Assembly: GCA_964035545.1 (NCBI GenBank)
Contig: OZ037767.1
Location: forward strand, 11,108,581 to 11,172,580
Length of the DNA: 64,000 nucleotides
Reading direction: 5' to 3'
DNA from: Bugula neritina
Lineage: Eukaryota; Animalia; Bryozoa
Below are positions 28,082 to 41,785 of this stretch, one piece after another. The number at the start of each line of letters is the position of its first letter. The first letter of the stretch is position 1. The notes under the pieces were generated by a model. That model ran no database searches, was not told where the DNA came from, and saw only the letters and a list, made by a program, of their open reading frames with translations. Position numbers and translations under genes: made by a program.

Positions 28082-29229
28082 CAACCTGCAAATTCAGTTT
28101 CACAATATTTATTTAAGTTCTATAATGAAAAAAAGTAGCAGAGTAATAGAACAATTCAATATGAAATGCTTAAGAATAATCAACACAAAACCCGATTCCA
28201 ACAACAGGATCAAATTAACACATAATCATCCAATAGCATTGCCACTTTGAGTGCATAGAACAGATATAGCTAAAGGAAACAGATGTTATGTCAGCTTTAC
28301 AGAGGCGTCAGTGAAATAGCGTTTGACCTCCTCCTGCCATTCATTTTTGTAAAACACACAACATGATATGGCCCAAGAAAACATGTTCCCATTTTACCTA
28401 TGAAAACTAATAACTCAAAAGTTAGCTGATGAAATAATGATTACTTAGACATTAGACAATGAACCATATTTTTATTAGCCTCCATTATGTATGGTTGATG
28501 ACTCTCAAAATAAATTGCAAGTGCGCAGCAAATGCAAGCAAATTTTGCTTCAATTAGTTTTTAGAGCATTAACATGTGTTTTTGTCAACTCAAAGTTCTT
28601 AAATCTCTATGGCTATAGTCTATGACTCTATGTTTAAATATTAAAATGATTTGATGTGCTTATGACTTATGCTAACAAAGTTGATATTGTTTGACTTAAC
28701 AAAATCGTCTAAAAATTGACAAATTGCTGGTTGCAATCTCAATTTAAAGCTTAAGAATTACTTGTAGACGATTATTTAGCACACTGAAATTAGTTCAAGT
28801 CAATATGTATAGTATATATTTATGAATATGTTCATCCAATTCACCAGCCAATCTGTTGTATAAGATCTCCACCAACAATTAACATATTTCCAATGTCTCT
28901 GATACTCAATTCATAATTGGGAGTTGTGACACCTCAGCAGGTGCTTTCTTTAACTTTAGCATTTTGGTGGTTTTGCACATGGAGGGATGCTGAAGTAGCA
29001 GCTATGATATATATGTAAATCATATTAATCATTTGTTGTGCTGGCTGCCACTACTCTGTTTATAACTGTTAATCCTTCAAGTCTTTAGATAATATAATGG
29101 TCAAGATATAATGTATATAATAGTTAGCGATGGCTTAATAAAATTCAAATTATACAAATTGGTGGTTGGAGCACATGCCTGCTAGTCATGTATGTAATTC
29201 ACGGGGCAAACTTCAGAAGAATAAGAATT

Positions 29230-29630
29230 AGTTTGACCACTTAGTGAAGTTGGTCATGGAAATTGACAACATAAAGATAATACGAGATTTCAACATACAC
29301 ACCGACAAAGTAATTGAAGCTTGGAGGCCTGATATTTGACAAGCATAATTCAGAAAAAATAATGAATGATATTACAGTCACTGATAACTACTGAGTGAAA
29401 GAAAATGAGTTGGAGAAAATAGGAAAATATCAGGATTTGGCTTTAAAAAATAAGAGTAACAGTCACCCCCCCCCCCCATTGTAATTGAAGCTCTTGGAAC
29501 TACATACAAGACTGTAGATTTTATAGCACTACTTGGAGTAGCTGATTCAACAGACAGCTTTATTAGGTTCAGTTCACACCTTGAGAAAAACTCTATCCGT
29601 TCCAGCCTAGCAGAACTTGGGCAATGGTAG
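29230..29630 (+). mobile_element. Decayed non-LTR retrotransposon, restriction-like endonuclease (RLE) region
   Basis: Frameshifted KIIRDFNIHTDKVIEAWRPDI ... ELEKIGKYQDLA ... PIVIEALGT matches the PD..D / KY.DL / IGALG RLE pattern of R4/Dong-like elements. Confidence 0.7.
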
Positions 29631-30089
29631 AGGATTACACTAGCAAAAATCTGTGGTGCAACCACTAACATCAATTATTATTATTTATCTTATAATAACT
29701 CTAGGTAAAGCTTCCCTATAAATTTACAATTCAAAATTTTAACTGAAGTATTATAGTTATAAAATTAAACAAACTATAAAATAACTAATCATTTTTACTT
29801 AATTTAGCATTTTAAAGTTTCATCTTTTGAGAAATTTAACCAGCTACTAGTCACGATCACAATGTGCTTGTTTGGGTGTTTCTACTGCTACCATTATATT
29901 GACTAGAAAATAGGTTATTTGAAAGTTGAACTTAAATCATAAAATACGAATAGATGACAAAATGACAAAAAAAATCTAAATGTATCATGTGATCAACTTG
30001 AAGTCAATACTTGAACTTGAAGCTAAACTTAATAAATATAATTTTATTTATAAAATTAATTTAATTAAAAGTTAAACATAAACATTATG

Positions 30090-31100
30090 ATCATCAAAAT
30101 CAGTATGACTCCATGGGTATCACTATCACTATGAGTATGACTATGAAGTGATTATCAGTATGACTATGAGTATGATAATCATTATCAACATCAAGTTTGA
30201 AAAATGAATCAATATCTATATTTAAAATTAACATAACTCAGTCTTACAAGACTAAGTAAGTAGTATAACATTATGATTAATTGATCAACTACTAACAATA
30301 ATTTATAGTTAGTCTAAGTCCAAAATTGTTCAATTAGTAATCACTAATTAGTAATTTTAATTGAAATTTTAAACTATTTTATTGAAACTTAAATTTCAAA
30401 TTCAATATCCGATTTCATTTTGATCATCAGATTCAGTTTCAGAATCATCATGATTAATTTCACAATCAATCGAAATCGAATAGTTAATAAAATTAATAAT
30501 CATAATTATTGATGATCATAAAAACTTTTAGAATTAGTTCATTCGAATCATATTCAATAAATATAATTATAATGATAATCAATATCAATTATCATGACTA
30601 TCAGTATGACATTGTGATTGACTATAAGAATCACTATGATACTTGATAGTCACACTCATACTCATACTGAAACTCATACATTTACATTCACAGTCAAATG
30701 CCAATGTCATAGTATTACATTTACTATTACTATTACTATTATAATTAGTATTAATTACTATTAGTATTAGACTATCACTAAGTATTAGTATTAGTATTAC
30801 TATTACTATTACTATTGATATTAGTATCACTGAGTAGTGAGTATGAGTCATACTCACAGTCACTACTCAGTGATACTCATACTCATAGTCATACTGATAC
30901 TAATACTAATACTAATACTAATAGTAATAGTAATAGTGTAATACTAATAGTAATAGTAATAGTAATACTAGTAATACTAATACTAATAGTAATACTAATA
31001 GTAATATTAATACTAATAGTAATACTAATACTAATACTAAGTCTAATACTAATACAGTAATAGTAATACTAATACTAAAAGTAAATGTAATACCATGACT
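30090..31100. repeat. Low-complexity hexamer-like repeats (ACTAAT, AGTAAT, ACTCAT)
   Basis: Direct inspection; gives the spurious Ile/Leu/Val-rich ORFs. Confidence 0.75.
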
Positions 31101-32059
31101 GATGACATTGTGATTGACTAAAGTAAATCAAAATGAAAATGACTAAGACTTGACTATGAATTTCAGTGATCATGATTATAATTAATGCTTACAATAAGTA
31201 TTGAAATAAAAAATGCTAAAATACCAAAATAAAATCGCACAACAGTCAGTAGCACTGTCAGGCTCGGTGTCCGTTGACGACAACTTTACTTTAAAATTAT
31301 ATAATATTTATTTCTGTCAAGATGCCAAACTGCCGATTTACTGAGGGAAGGTCTGTTTTAGTTTCGTAAGTAAGTGATTAACTTAAAACAATTTTTTGCC
31401 AAATCAAGCAAAATTAAAAATTTTAAACTTTAAAATTATGTATTTTGAAATTATAATAAACACATAATAAATTGTGTACAGTTTTTTCTACATGATATTA
31501 AATTTTGTTTTTAAATTCAATTTTCAGAGTTATCGCCTCAAAAAAAGAACCCTCTGATCTAATAATGATTATTAATTTTTTCACAAGCCGACGTTATATT
31601 AATTATTATAAATCTCTCTGAAAATGTTTTGTCGAGTTATCTTTTGTCACTAAGAAGATAACTCTAACTCTAATAAGCTTTATCTAATCCAAATTACCTG
31701 TGCATTCAACTCTGGGTCTTATTCCCCAAGTTCATCATCATCATAAATATAATATTAATTATAATTTTAATTCTTTTGTTTAATTTTATAACTTGAGACA
31801 ATTTATTATTTCTTATTGCGCTCACTAGTAGTAGTACTAGTAGTGTTGCTATTGCTGTTACTGTTAGTATTACTATTAGTATTAATAATATTTGATTATA
31901 AGACGTAGTCTTACTCTAAACTCTAAAGTAAATCTAATCAATCATTCAATGTGATCATGTCATTATCATTATGATTAATTGTATATCTGTTAGAAAGTGA
32001 TTATCATGATCATTATGACTATTGTGAAATACTAAGATACCGATATGATATTGACTTTA

Positions 32060-33085
32060 CTCACCTCGTAGACGATAGAACACTCAATCAGTCAATGTCA
32101 CCGTTATGGTGCAAACGTGGAGCGCCTCTTAGTCTTTGGTCAGTGATAAATGTCAGTATGAGTTAGTATAGCAGCATATAGCTGTTTATTGTTGTGTGTT
32201 AGTTGACCTTAGCTTCAGATCTCTCACACTGCATGTGAGAAAACTGTTAAAATAGACCTTGGTCGCAGCATACGTAAATGTTGGCTCACCTCTCTGTGCA
32301 GCTCGCGTATACATAGTGTACTTATTTTTATTTTTAGTCAGTTCATCATAAGCTGAGGCTAAGGTTTGGTGTTTAGATTCATCTGAGAGGATTCTCATTA
32401 ACAGTGACAACCTATGTGTTTTTCTTCAGTCATTGAGAAGTTGTAGTTCGAGTTTATTTCGAGCTTCTGAGATGCCTTGTCTTCCTTTGATATTGTTAAT
32501 GAACCTGATTGCTTGGGACTGTACACGCTCTAAGGCATCGATATTAGCTGAATCCACTGGGTCCCAAAGAGTATCACCGTATTCTAGAATTGGTCGGCAG
32601 AGACTGGTGTATGCGAGTAGTTTGCTATTGGCAGGGGCTTCATAAAGCGAGTATTTTATGCAACCTAGGACCTTGGAGGCACTTTTGATCTTAGATGTAA
32701 TATGTTGCTCAAATTTTAAGTTGGACTGCAAAATTATACCAAGATATTTGATCTCCTGTCTGCATTTGAGCGGAGTTCCACCAAGTGCATAGCTGGGGTC
32801 AAACACTGGATATGCCTTTGGGGCTTTGCTAAAGATGATCACCTCACACTTTTCCGTGTTAAAAGGCATTTTCCATTTCATGGACCACTTATGTAGAGCA
32901 TCTATATTTGTCTGGAAAAGCTGCTTGTCCTCATTGCTAATCACAGCAGCATAAATCAGGGTGTCATCGGCATAGAGACTCACTTTGCATGTTATCACTT
33001 GTGGTAGGTCATTTATGTATATAAGAAACAAGGTTGGCCCTAGTACCGAACCCTGTAGTACCCTCGAGGAGACAGGGAAATCTGA
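32060..33085 (-). mobile_element. 5'-truncated LINE (CR1/L2-like) reverse transcriptase fragment
   Basis: QGSVLGPTLFLIYINDLP...LYADDT...W.M.FN.EKC...KYLG...AYTSLCRPILEY. An in-frame TGA at 32426-32428 separates the two listed ORFs. Confidence 0.9.
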
Positions 33086-34959
33086 TAATAATACACCGCA
33101 TATTATCTTAGAGTAATAATACTAGGTAGAGCTAATACAAATACTAATAGTAATGTCTAATACTAATAGTAATATTAATAGTAATAGACTAATAGTACTA
33201 CTCAAATACAATAGTCATATTGGAATATCAATATGAAATTTAATATGAATATTTATATATTTATAATATTGATATTTATTTATTTCAAATTCATAACAAT
33301 TTATGGGTTAATGGTATTTAATAATAATTATATAACAAAAATAACAGCAACTCAACGGACATGGCAAGACAAGCCAAAGCTCAATACTCTCATTCTAATA
33401 GTGATAGTGGTACTTATAGTTATACTAAGTCTAATTTTGACTACTTTTACTGAAACTTTGAGTTTTAGTTTGATCCAGACAAAGTGAGAAGATAATGCAG
33501 ATGGTTATGAGTTATACCTTATTTTTATAGTGGGTTGTGAGTTAGTTTTAATAGTTAATAATATTACCATTTTGATTAAAAAAAATTTTAGTTTAATGAA
33601 ATAACTTTATTATAACAATCTTAATAGTCAAATGGCTACACGTAGCAATCGGGTGTTAAGTTTCATGGTGTTGTAATTTTATGACGCGTAATGCTGAAAT
33701 AAAATTACTGTGGTTGGATTCGTAAGAAACTAATGCTCAGAACATGTGAACCCTTTGCTATATTATGAGAGAGAAGCATTTATCTATCAGAAATTTGTAT
33801 TGAAGGCTTGCTAATTATCAGAGTATAGGCCTGACTCTTCACAAGTAGTGTAAAATGTATAATTATAAGTAGCTGTATAAGTATTAAGTATAGAGCATAA
33901 CACAAGTGTAGCTATAGTCCAATTCAATGCGCTAATGCATTTCACCTCACATATATGGTGAGATTCTTGAATCTGATTAGCGTAGGGGCACACAACGAAG
34001 GTTACCCATGAGGGCAACATGCGGGAAACTCGTCTAGCCCAAAAATGGGCTGTTGTGTGAAGGTTTTCATGTGAATAACATGTTGAGCGGTGAGTGCAGA
34101 AAGCTCGTGCGAGTTTGATCTAATTAGGTGATTACCATTTAGCAAGCCCACTTTTTCAATTTCAATTAGCGTTTTAATTTTTAGCGAATTGAATTAAAAC
34201 AGTTTCATATAGTATGCATTTCCGCTTTTATAATATCTAAAGTCACTTTGCCGATGACATAGGTTTAAAAACAAACTTCTGTAGGCGAGCCGTAAAGTTA
34301 AACTCCAAGATCATTTGCTAATAATTTCCCGCACCCACAACCTACGCATTGTGTGTGGCAGGTCGTTCCCACAACAGGTTTTCAAAAATTTTGACCTGCA
34401 TGCAGAAAACCCACATCATGTGGCCCTACCCTTAGTGTGTTTTTTTCGGCTGTCAATGGGCTAGATGGTTTAATGTCTCCCGTTTAGGCCGTCACTAGAT
34501 TTGCGGAAAAAACTGATCATGCCATATGAACTGTATCATCATTTTTAGTTAGCCAATAAGGGAAAATACAATACAATGCAATACACAGGTTATATACAAA
34601 GAATAAAAATAGGATGAGTAGTCTAGCTGAATAAACATAGTTACCAAATACTGACGATGGACCGCAGGCTAAGTAAGGAAGATAATAATGTAAGGCCAAA
34701 ATCTATCACAATGGAATCGTAATAATAGTTGTGTATATGAACTATATATAATAATAAGTATCGATGATAATATATATTGAGTTTGATAATAGTTATATAA
34801 TATATGCGTCAGCGAGTGCGTGCATATACAAATACATGTGAAAGTTCTTAGGCAAACCTGCCTCAAGCTGGGACAATCATGAGAACAAACCTATGCTAGA
34901 ACATACATGTACACGATGAGCAGCAGCAATATTTTGTCTGATCACGGGAAAAGGATATG

Positions 34960-35930
34960 AGCAGAACAGAAAAACTTAAGAATCGCTGTCCTGGACATCA
35001 TAATCTTATATGGAAAAACTATAGAAGTGGCAATAATGATTAATTGTATTGTAGGATAATAGACATACTATGCTTGCAGGCGACAAGATATATAAGTGGA
35101 AAAGCAGGCAGGAAAGCAAGGGCCACAAGAGATGGAAGCAAACTATACTGCAGTGGTTGAAGAAAGCTAAAAATTGAGTTGCAATAGGCCTAAAAGATAA
35201 TTGGCTAGACAAGGTAATAGTAATGACAAAGAAGTCTGACAGAATCATGACAGTGAGCATAGCATATTAATGATTGACTATAAGATAATGAAAGGAAGGA
35301 CCATGCAGCTATAATTATTTAATGGAAGAAGAGAATGAGTTTTAGCGTAGGGTAACAGGGCTGCTAGCAGAATTAGGCAGAGATGATGATCTGGTGGATT
35401 AGTACATACCTCAAAAAAATGAAAGCAGCTGGTGGGCACTTGGAGTTAGCGGAGGAGGAAGTATGATGACAAATAGTTGTGGAGTGAAGAAGTCCAATAA
35501 CCAGTTAGAGCCTAAAAAGACGCCTTCAAGAGGTGGAAAGGATCAGTTACAAAGGAGGAAAGTAAAACCTTGAGGAGATTGAATAAGATATGTAAGAAAA
35601 AGTGAAGAGTGAAAAATGAGCAAGGATATGAGAAGTTGTACAAATATCTGGAAGTAAATGCACCTAAGAAGGCACACATGTTAGCAAAGAATATAGATAA
35701 GATGGTATTTGTGAAAGATGAAGAGGAAAAGGTGATAAGCAAAGATGGAGGCATCAAGAACCATTGGAAGCAGTATTTTAATATGCTATTTAATACAAAA
35801 AGTGGTAATTCTAAATAGCAGGGTTTGAAAATTTTAAGGCCTAATCCAAGAGGGAGTAGTTTAAGACATGAAGAAATTTAAATTTAAGGCAAAGGCAAAA
35901 TTGCTTGATGAACTTCCAACATAGATGATC
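34960..35930 (+). mobile_element. Heavily decayed RTE-type non-LTR retrotransposon (APE endonuclease and linker)
   Basis: Broken frames give IDILCLQATR, VAIGLKDNWLDKV...KKSDRIMTV, WSEEVQ, YEKLYKYLE and IKNHWKQYFNMLFN, typical RTE ORF remnants. Confidence 0.7.
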
Positions 35931-36552
35931 AATAAACTTGAAGGCATTATGTTTGTGTGCGTGCATGTGTGTTTATCAAAGTACGCACTTAAGCTATAGT
36001 GTAAATTAATAATTTACTAAGTGACTTCAATTTACAGTTTTGCTTTTTCTGCATATCCAGGTATCTAGTGTTTTGTGATAATCCAAAGTTGTGATATAAC
36101 ATAATATTAGTCATGGCCTACCATACTAATTGTTTTTTTAAAGTTGAAAAGTTAATTGAAAGTTTTGAAAAATTGAATTGTCTGCCACATAGGAAGATGA
36201 ATAAAAGCACTCACATAGTTATTGACTAAAATGTATTGTATTAGAATAAACTTGGTCTCATTCAGTAATGCAATGATAAATTTGTAAATCGCACTTTTGG
36301 TTCAACACATTTTCAAGTGCCTCCAGTTTGTTAATCTAATTATAATATTGTATGTCTTGTAAAGCTGATAAAACATAGTTATTGGTTGACAAGTTTTATT
36401 TGTTTTATGAAATTTTATGCCAAATGGTATAAGTTTTAACAAAAGCAATTTCAAGTTAGGAGCCAGTTGAGAGTTTGTAAATCCTCATGTTTATCTCTAA
36501 AATTTCAGCAAATTTTGATGTTTTGGGAGCACATGAAAGTCACTGAATCAGC

Positions 36553-37882
36553 ATGAAGACAGTGCATCACCTGTACTACTTAGCTGGAATTATATATAGA
36601 ATCCATAGTGTTATTGCATACGATTACACACTCGGTACTCTAAAGTCTTCTTTGGTTGATGTGGTTGGTGCAGAAAATTTTTCTTACTACACCTACAGTG
36701 ATCGTGAGCCTGTACTCCTTGTACTTACATCATTATCAGGTAAATCTCTTGGGTTAACCCATGGTAGGTAAAATGATTGATTTGGTATTTTGTGTAACAA
36801 ATTTTTTTCTTATCTTTCTTGAGAGCAACATTTTGAATTCATAATATTGGTACAGGGCAGACATTTCTATTCATTAGTGTTGATCTGTATTTTTTCTTTT
36901 TTATATAATCCCAGTAGGTTGATTTACATGGAATCAATTTGATATTTAATCATTTTTGTGTTTTAAAGGTGATGCGGACCTCTATGTCTCTGATAAAGTG
37001 AAACATCCCACATATTATAATTATGATTTGAAATCAAATACATGTGGTGAAGATAGAGTGAATCTTCGTGGAATGAAGAGACCTACTTATATTGGTAACT
37101 GCATTATTCTACTATTTCTAACAAAGCTGTAGCATTTTATATACACAGTATTTTTGCGAACACCTCTACATACCAGCATAGTAGGTATAGGTTTTAGAAA
37201 AGGTTTAGTGCGTTATTCAAGCTAAATTGATCGATCATGTGTTTTATTTACATGATCTGTTTGTTTGGTCTTATTTTTGATAAACATTGTATTTACTATA
37301 ATTATACAGTACAATACAATTATATATAGTTTTTCAAATAATTTTGGTTTAGTGTTTTTACCAAGCAAAACACTTAGCCCCTGATGAGTGGAGGGCCCGA
37401 ATGCCAAAACAGCAGTTATTTTACCACCTCACTTTTCAGCTTGCAAATTACTGGTGAATACTGTCAACCTATACTTCAATTGCAATTATATATTTATGTA
37501 ATTTATGTGTCCCATGGTATTTGTATTTAGTGTTTAACTCCAACTCATCTGATCTTACACTTCACTCACTGCCACTAACAAGTTTCCATTATAATATCCT
37601 GTCCACCCAATCTGTTGTATCATGATCACTGGTCTTATTCTAGGTGTATTTGGCAGTCATGCTTATGAGACAAATGAATATTTACTTCAAGCTTATCGAC
37701 TAAAACAAACCGAGTGGGATGATTGGACTCATGAGAATTCAGAGCATGGGGAGTCGTCTGATCAGTCCCAGTCTGCTACTGACTCTAGTAATTATACTGA
37801 AACAGAGGAGCCTTCATTTGGCTGGCATCTCTCAGAGCTTATTCTTCATCTTATTGAGTTTTTGGTCAACATACTTCTCTAA
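36553..37882 (+). CDS. C6orf120: UPF0669 / C6orf120 homologue
   Basis: Exons 36553-36739, 36969-37094, 37644-37882 splice to VGAENFSYY...LTSLSGDADLYVS...YDLKSNTCGED...RPTYIGVFGSH, matching C6orf120 (GAGNYSY..SLKGDADLYVS..YELQSATCG.D..RPVGIGVYGH). The C-terminus is hydrophobic. Confidence 0.9.
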
Positions 37883-40800
37883 CCGACATCAAATATTTTC
37901 CACACTTTTTACTGGCTCTTGGTGAAATACTTTAGCCTCAGTTTTAACCTAAAGTTGATAGTTTTTAGTGATGTTTGATGCCATTGGCCATTTTTTCACT
38001 ATTAGGTGATATTTTTCTCTAACAAAGTGTTTCAAGTAGGTTTTTGAAAACTGAATTAAGACTCTAATATGCATTTGCTACAAGTTTCACCTTTAATATT
38101 GGTGACTATTCATTGAAGAAAATATGACAATAGTAATTTTGTGTACCGGAATCAGTCGAAAATCTGGTGTGTTTAATATCTCTATTCAAAGCAAACATAT
38201 TACTATGTTATAAGGTGATTGTGCTGAAGTTTACTGGTTCAAAATTCTTAATGTCATGCTAATAATTTAATTTAGCAATGTGTAGGATTCTGCCTGGTTT
38301 CCTTCTCAAATTTTGATAATTCTTTTTATCATCAATTGTGTAGGTTCTGTAGAAGCTGCTACTTTGCCTATAAAAAGCTGTACCCAAAAATGTTTTTTCA
38401 ATAATTTTCTGTAATTTCTACTATTTGAAAACTACAAATATATTTTATAGTTCTAAAAGTATTTAATGCTAATTTGTTAGTCAATTTTAATAACTCAGCT
38501 CAAATAATTGCTTGTCACTGAATAACACATTGCTTATTTCACTGTGGATCTAAAGCTACTCATGGATGAAACATCACATCTAATTTGTTATTTAAGAATG
38601 TAACAACCATCATCTCTGTGCACTCAGCTGATTCAAAATATTTAGTAATTTCCTAGAGTTGATGACAGCAAACATTTGCTGTAAACTTTCTTAGTCTTTT
38701 ATATGAAATATAAAAGAAGTAAACTATAGTATAATGATAATTGGAACATGGAGAGTAAATTTCAGATTTTCAGCATGCACGTTAGAATAATATTCTATCT
38801 CCCAGTTTATAAGACTTCATTCACAGCTTTTCCGATTTCAAGTGTCAATGTTTCAAAAAATATTAATAAAAAACATTGGGGAGAGGTAAAGGGAGGTCAT
38901 GCTTCAATATCTAAGTTGTGAGGCTATAGAGTAGAAGAGGCATCCCCTAAAGTCAATGAAAACAATAACATAACAAACAATGGCCATCTCTTTTATCAGT
39001 CTAGATTAAACATTCTTTTACAATCATTGGGAAAAGCCGTCAAGTCTATAGGTACCTGTACACTCAGAATTTGGGACAGAGAGTAAAAGTCTTTGATTCT
39101 TAGACATACAAAGAGAGCACAACCGCTAATAAAATAAGCTATGAGCTTCTGCTGGCCATAGTTGAAGTTAATGGCAAGGTGTGGTCTATGCAGGATATGT
39201 ACATGTATATAATACATAATAGAGACCTACCAGCTCATCTAGTTGTCTAGTGAGATTGTTGTTCCTACTTTATATTATATAAATATAGCATTGACAAACA
39301 AGTTGGTTAGATGTTTAATTGTATTGTTTTAATCATGTTTCACAGAATCTAGAACTATATGTACTATAACATAACAGGTGCGACATATTACTTTTAGATA
39401 TCCGAACATGTTGTAATAATATAAATACTAATTATTAATGTAATAATACTAATACATTTTAAATCCCATATTGCAAACTTCTAGAATATATATGGCTAGA
39501 ATGTATTTTCTACTTAGGTATGCAAGTCTTCTAGTCTACTCATTGAAAAGTTATAACTCAACTTTCAATTAATTCAAAAGAGCTCAACTCTGGCCAGATT
39601 TACTCTCTTGGGGTATATTTGATAAACAGAGCTGTTCTGGGCAGACTATTTAGAATCATATATAAGATGACTTCCACACTCACTGCTGACACAAAGAGTC
39701 TACATTTGCAGCATGTCCCAGTATTATGCTAGCTCAAATATAGCTGATGTTTATTATTTTTCTCTCTAAGCCCAGGTTGAGTAGCTATTAGCAAGACAAA
39801 GCTTTATAGTCAAATAGACATAGTGAAAGTCCACACAACAAAAACTCCTTTTTACAGTTCTAACTCGAGGGCACAATGTACATAGACCTTGAAAACCTGT
39901 AAAAGCGTATAGAATGATATATAAGCAATTATAGTTTAAATAACGCTCTATACAGCTGTTGAATCATAATGATATATCCGAGAGACGAAAGCATATGACA
40001 GAATAAAGCTAGCTAGTGCCTCAAATTATCTGGTGTAGCTTTTACATCTTGCATAAATAATCATTTTTATGTAAACATTTATTAACTATTCTCACTTGTG
40101 TTGTTAATTTATTTAGCAACTACTTGCATATTTTAATAAGTACCAAATTACCTATGCACTGTATTATAATGTATTATAATGACCATTACAGGTTCAACTT
40201 GAGGAGACAACTCTATCTTTTTTACTGAAATGTACCTCATCGAGGGAAGTCAACACGCCCCCTGGATCCGTTTCTCAAGTATAGTTCTCTGGTAGTGGTT
40301 AAAGGGATAATAGGTCACACTGGTCGGTCGGTCTTTCCTATCTACCAACAAGTTTCTTAATTGGCTCAACAAATGTACAAATACGTCCTTTTTATGTATA
40401 AATAGAAGCACGCTGGATTTTTCCATCAGTTAGTGTGAGCCTATTTTATAGAAGATAGCCCTATGGTTGCCACTGTAACTAATATCATCTCGTCATTGTT
40501 TTTATAAGCATGCCTATGTCTCCCATGTATCGTTCATCTTCACAGATTCTATTTGTTGGATTAAATTTGTAATTAAGTCTCAGTTTACTCAATCCCACTT
40601 TTCTTAAACATACATTACCTTAAGACGCTTTCATAAAAATATACCTTTTTTCAATATTATGCTTTACATAGGTGCTAAATGAATTATAGATCCAATTATT
40701 ATTATGAGTATTGTAGACTAATGGCTGTGGGACAAGCGTGTTACTTCTTGTCCATTAGGTATAGAGACACTTGCATATGAAGCATAAAGTTCTGTATTAT

Positions 40801-41669
40801 AGTCATAAAAGTATTATAATATTCTCTTTAGTACACTCAGGCTAACATTGCAAAATGCCACATGCACTTCTTGCGGTAATGGCGCAGGGTACTGCTGGAA
40901 CTTACTAGCCAATCAGATGACACCTTTCCTTTATAACGAGGACCTTCCAGCGCCCAGACCCATTCTATGTGTAGATGCAGTGTAAAGCTCACTATTGTAC
41001 TGATCTCTAACTTGTATGCATTTTTACTTGTTGTAATCTCTTTGTAAATAGTGTTGTAAATATATATAAAAACTACTCTGTTTTCTCATGTAAACCTCAT
41101 AACAAGGCTATGCTCTAGCTGTCAATAAAACAATAAAATCACACTTGTAGTCAGCTAAACTACAACAGCATATAGCAAGATGCTCACCATATTATAAAAA
41201 TAGATAGCACTATACAAATTATAGCACATATCATGATACATGCATTGTCATATTCGTTCAAATTATGTAAAGCATAGATGGGTTGCAATGCAACCACTAC
41301 TAATTATGTTTCATGAATAAATGCCTTAGCCAAAATTTAGGAAAGCATACATAAAAAGTAAACATTCAATACAGGTGTGGCATAGAGTTAGTATAATAAA
41401 ATGTCTAAACTCCCTTTGCACTTATAGTTATTAAAATGTGACACTTTTTATAAGACTGATAGATGATAGCTCTAATGCCACGTTGTACTAAAGCTACAAG
41501 TTATACGTAGTTAAAACTGCAGTTAAAAATCTTATAAAGCCTACGTAATCATCACTACATAAATCATGATAAAAATATGATGCTATTATACGTTACTTTA
41601 AAAGTATGGCCTTCTGTGGACAGTTGGCAAAGCCCGTGAAACTATCTTTCTTATAAATTAATACTTTTT

Positions 41670-41785
41670 CAGGCTAACCAATCAGATATCGATTTTGTGA
41701 AGACCAATTAAAATTAACGCCAACCCGTTGGCAGATAGAAAACGCGACTTGGTAATAAACAAAACTTAAGACTGCAAGGTTTAAT
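41670..41785 (+). promoter_or_regulatory. Possible GCAT promoter and non-coding first exon
   Basis: CCAAT at 41678 and 41704, a local CpG cluster, and a candidate donor caag|gtttaa at about 41778. The next acceptor (tctag|, 43822) precedes the GCAT ATG. Confidence 0.3.

Noticed and set aside
28286-28400. Additional 31-32-codon minus-strand smORFs upstream of the 55-aa ORF (tricistron?)
   Set aside because: No recognisable motif and no clear donor; this length is expected by chance.
28270-28990. Possible selenoprotein: minus-strand ESTC-TGA-GVTTP frame at about 28935 with an ATGAA...AAA...TGA stretch at about 28290-28345
   Set aside because: No resemblance to a selenoprotein family I know, no convincing exon chain, and the SECIS stem length and pairing are poor.
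37375-37420. CTGATGA hammerhead-like core
   Set aside because: No properly placed GAAA and no closing stem I.
40710-41170. Solo LTR (CCAAT, TATA-like, AATAAA, ends ...TACAACA)
   Set aside because: No matching 5' TG end with a clean target-site duplication could be fixed.
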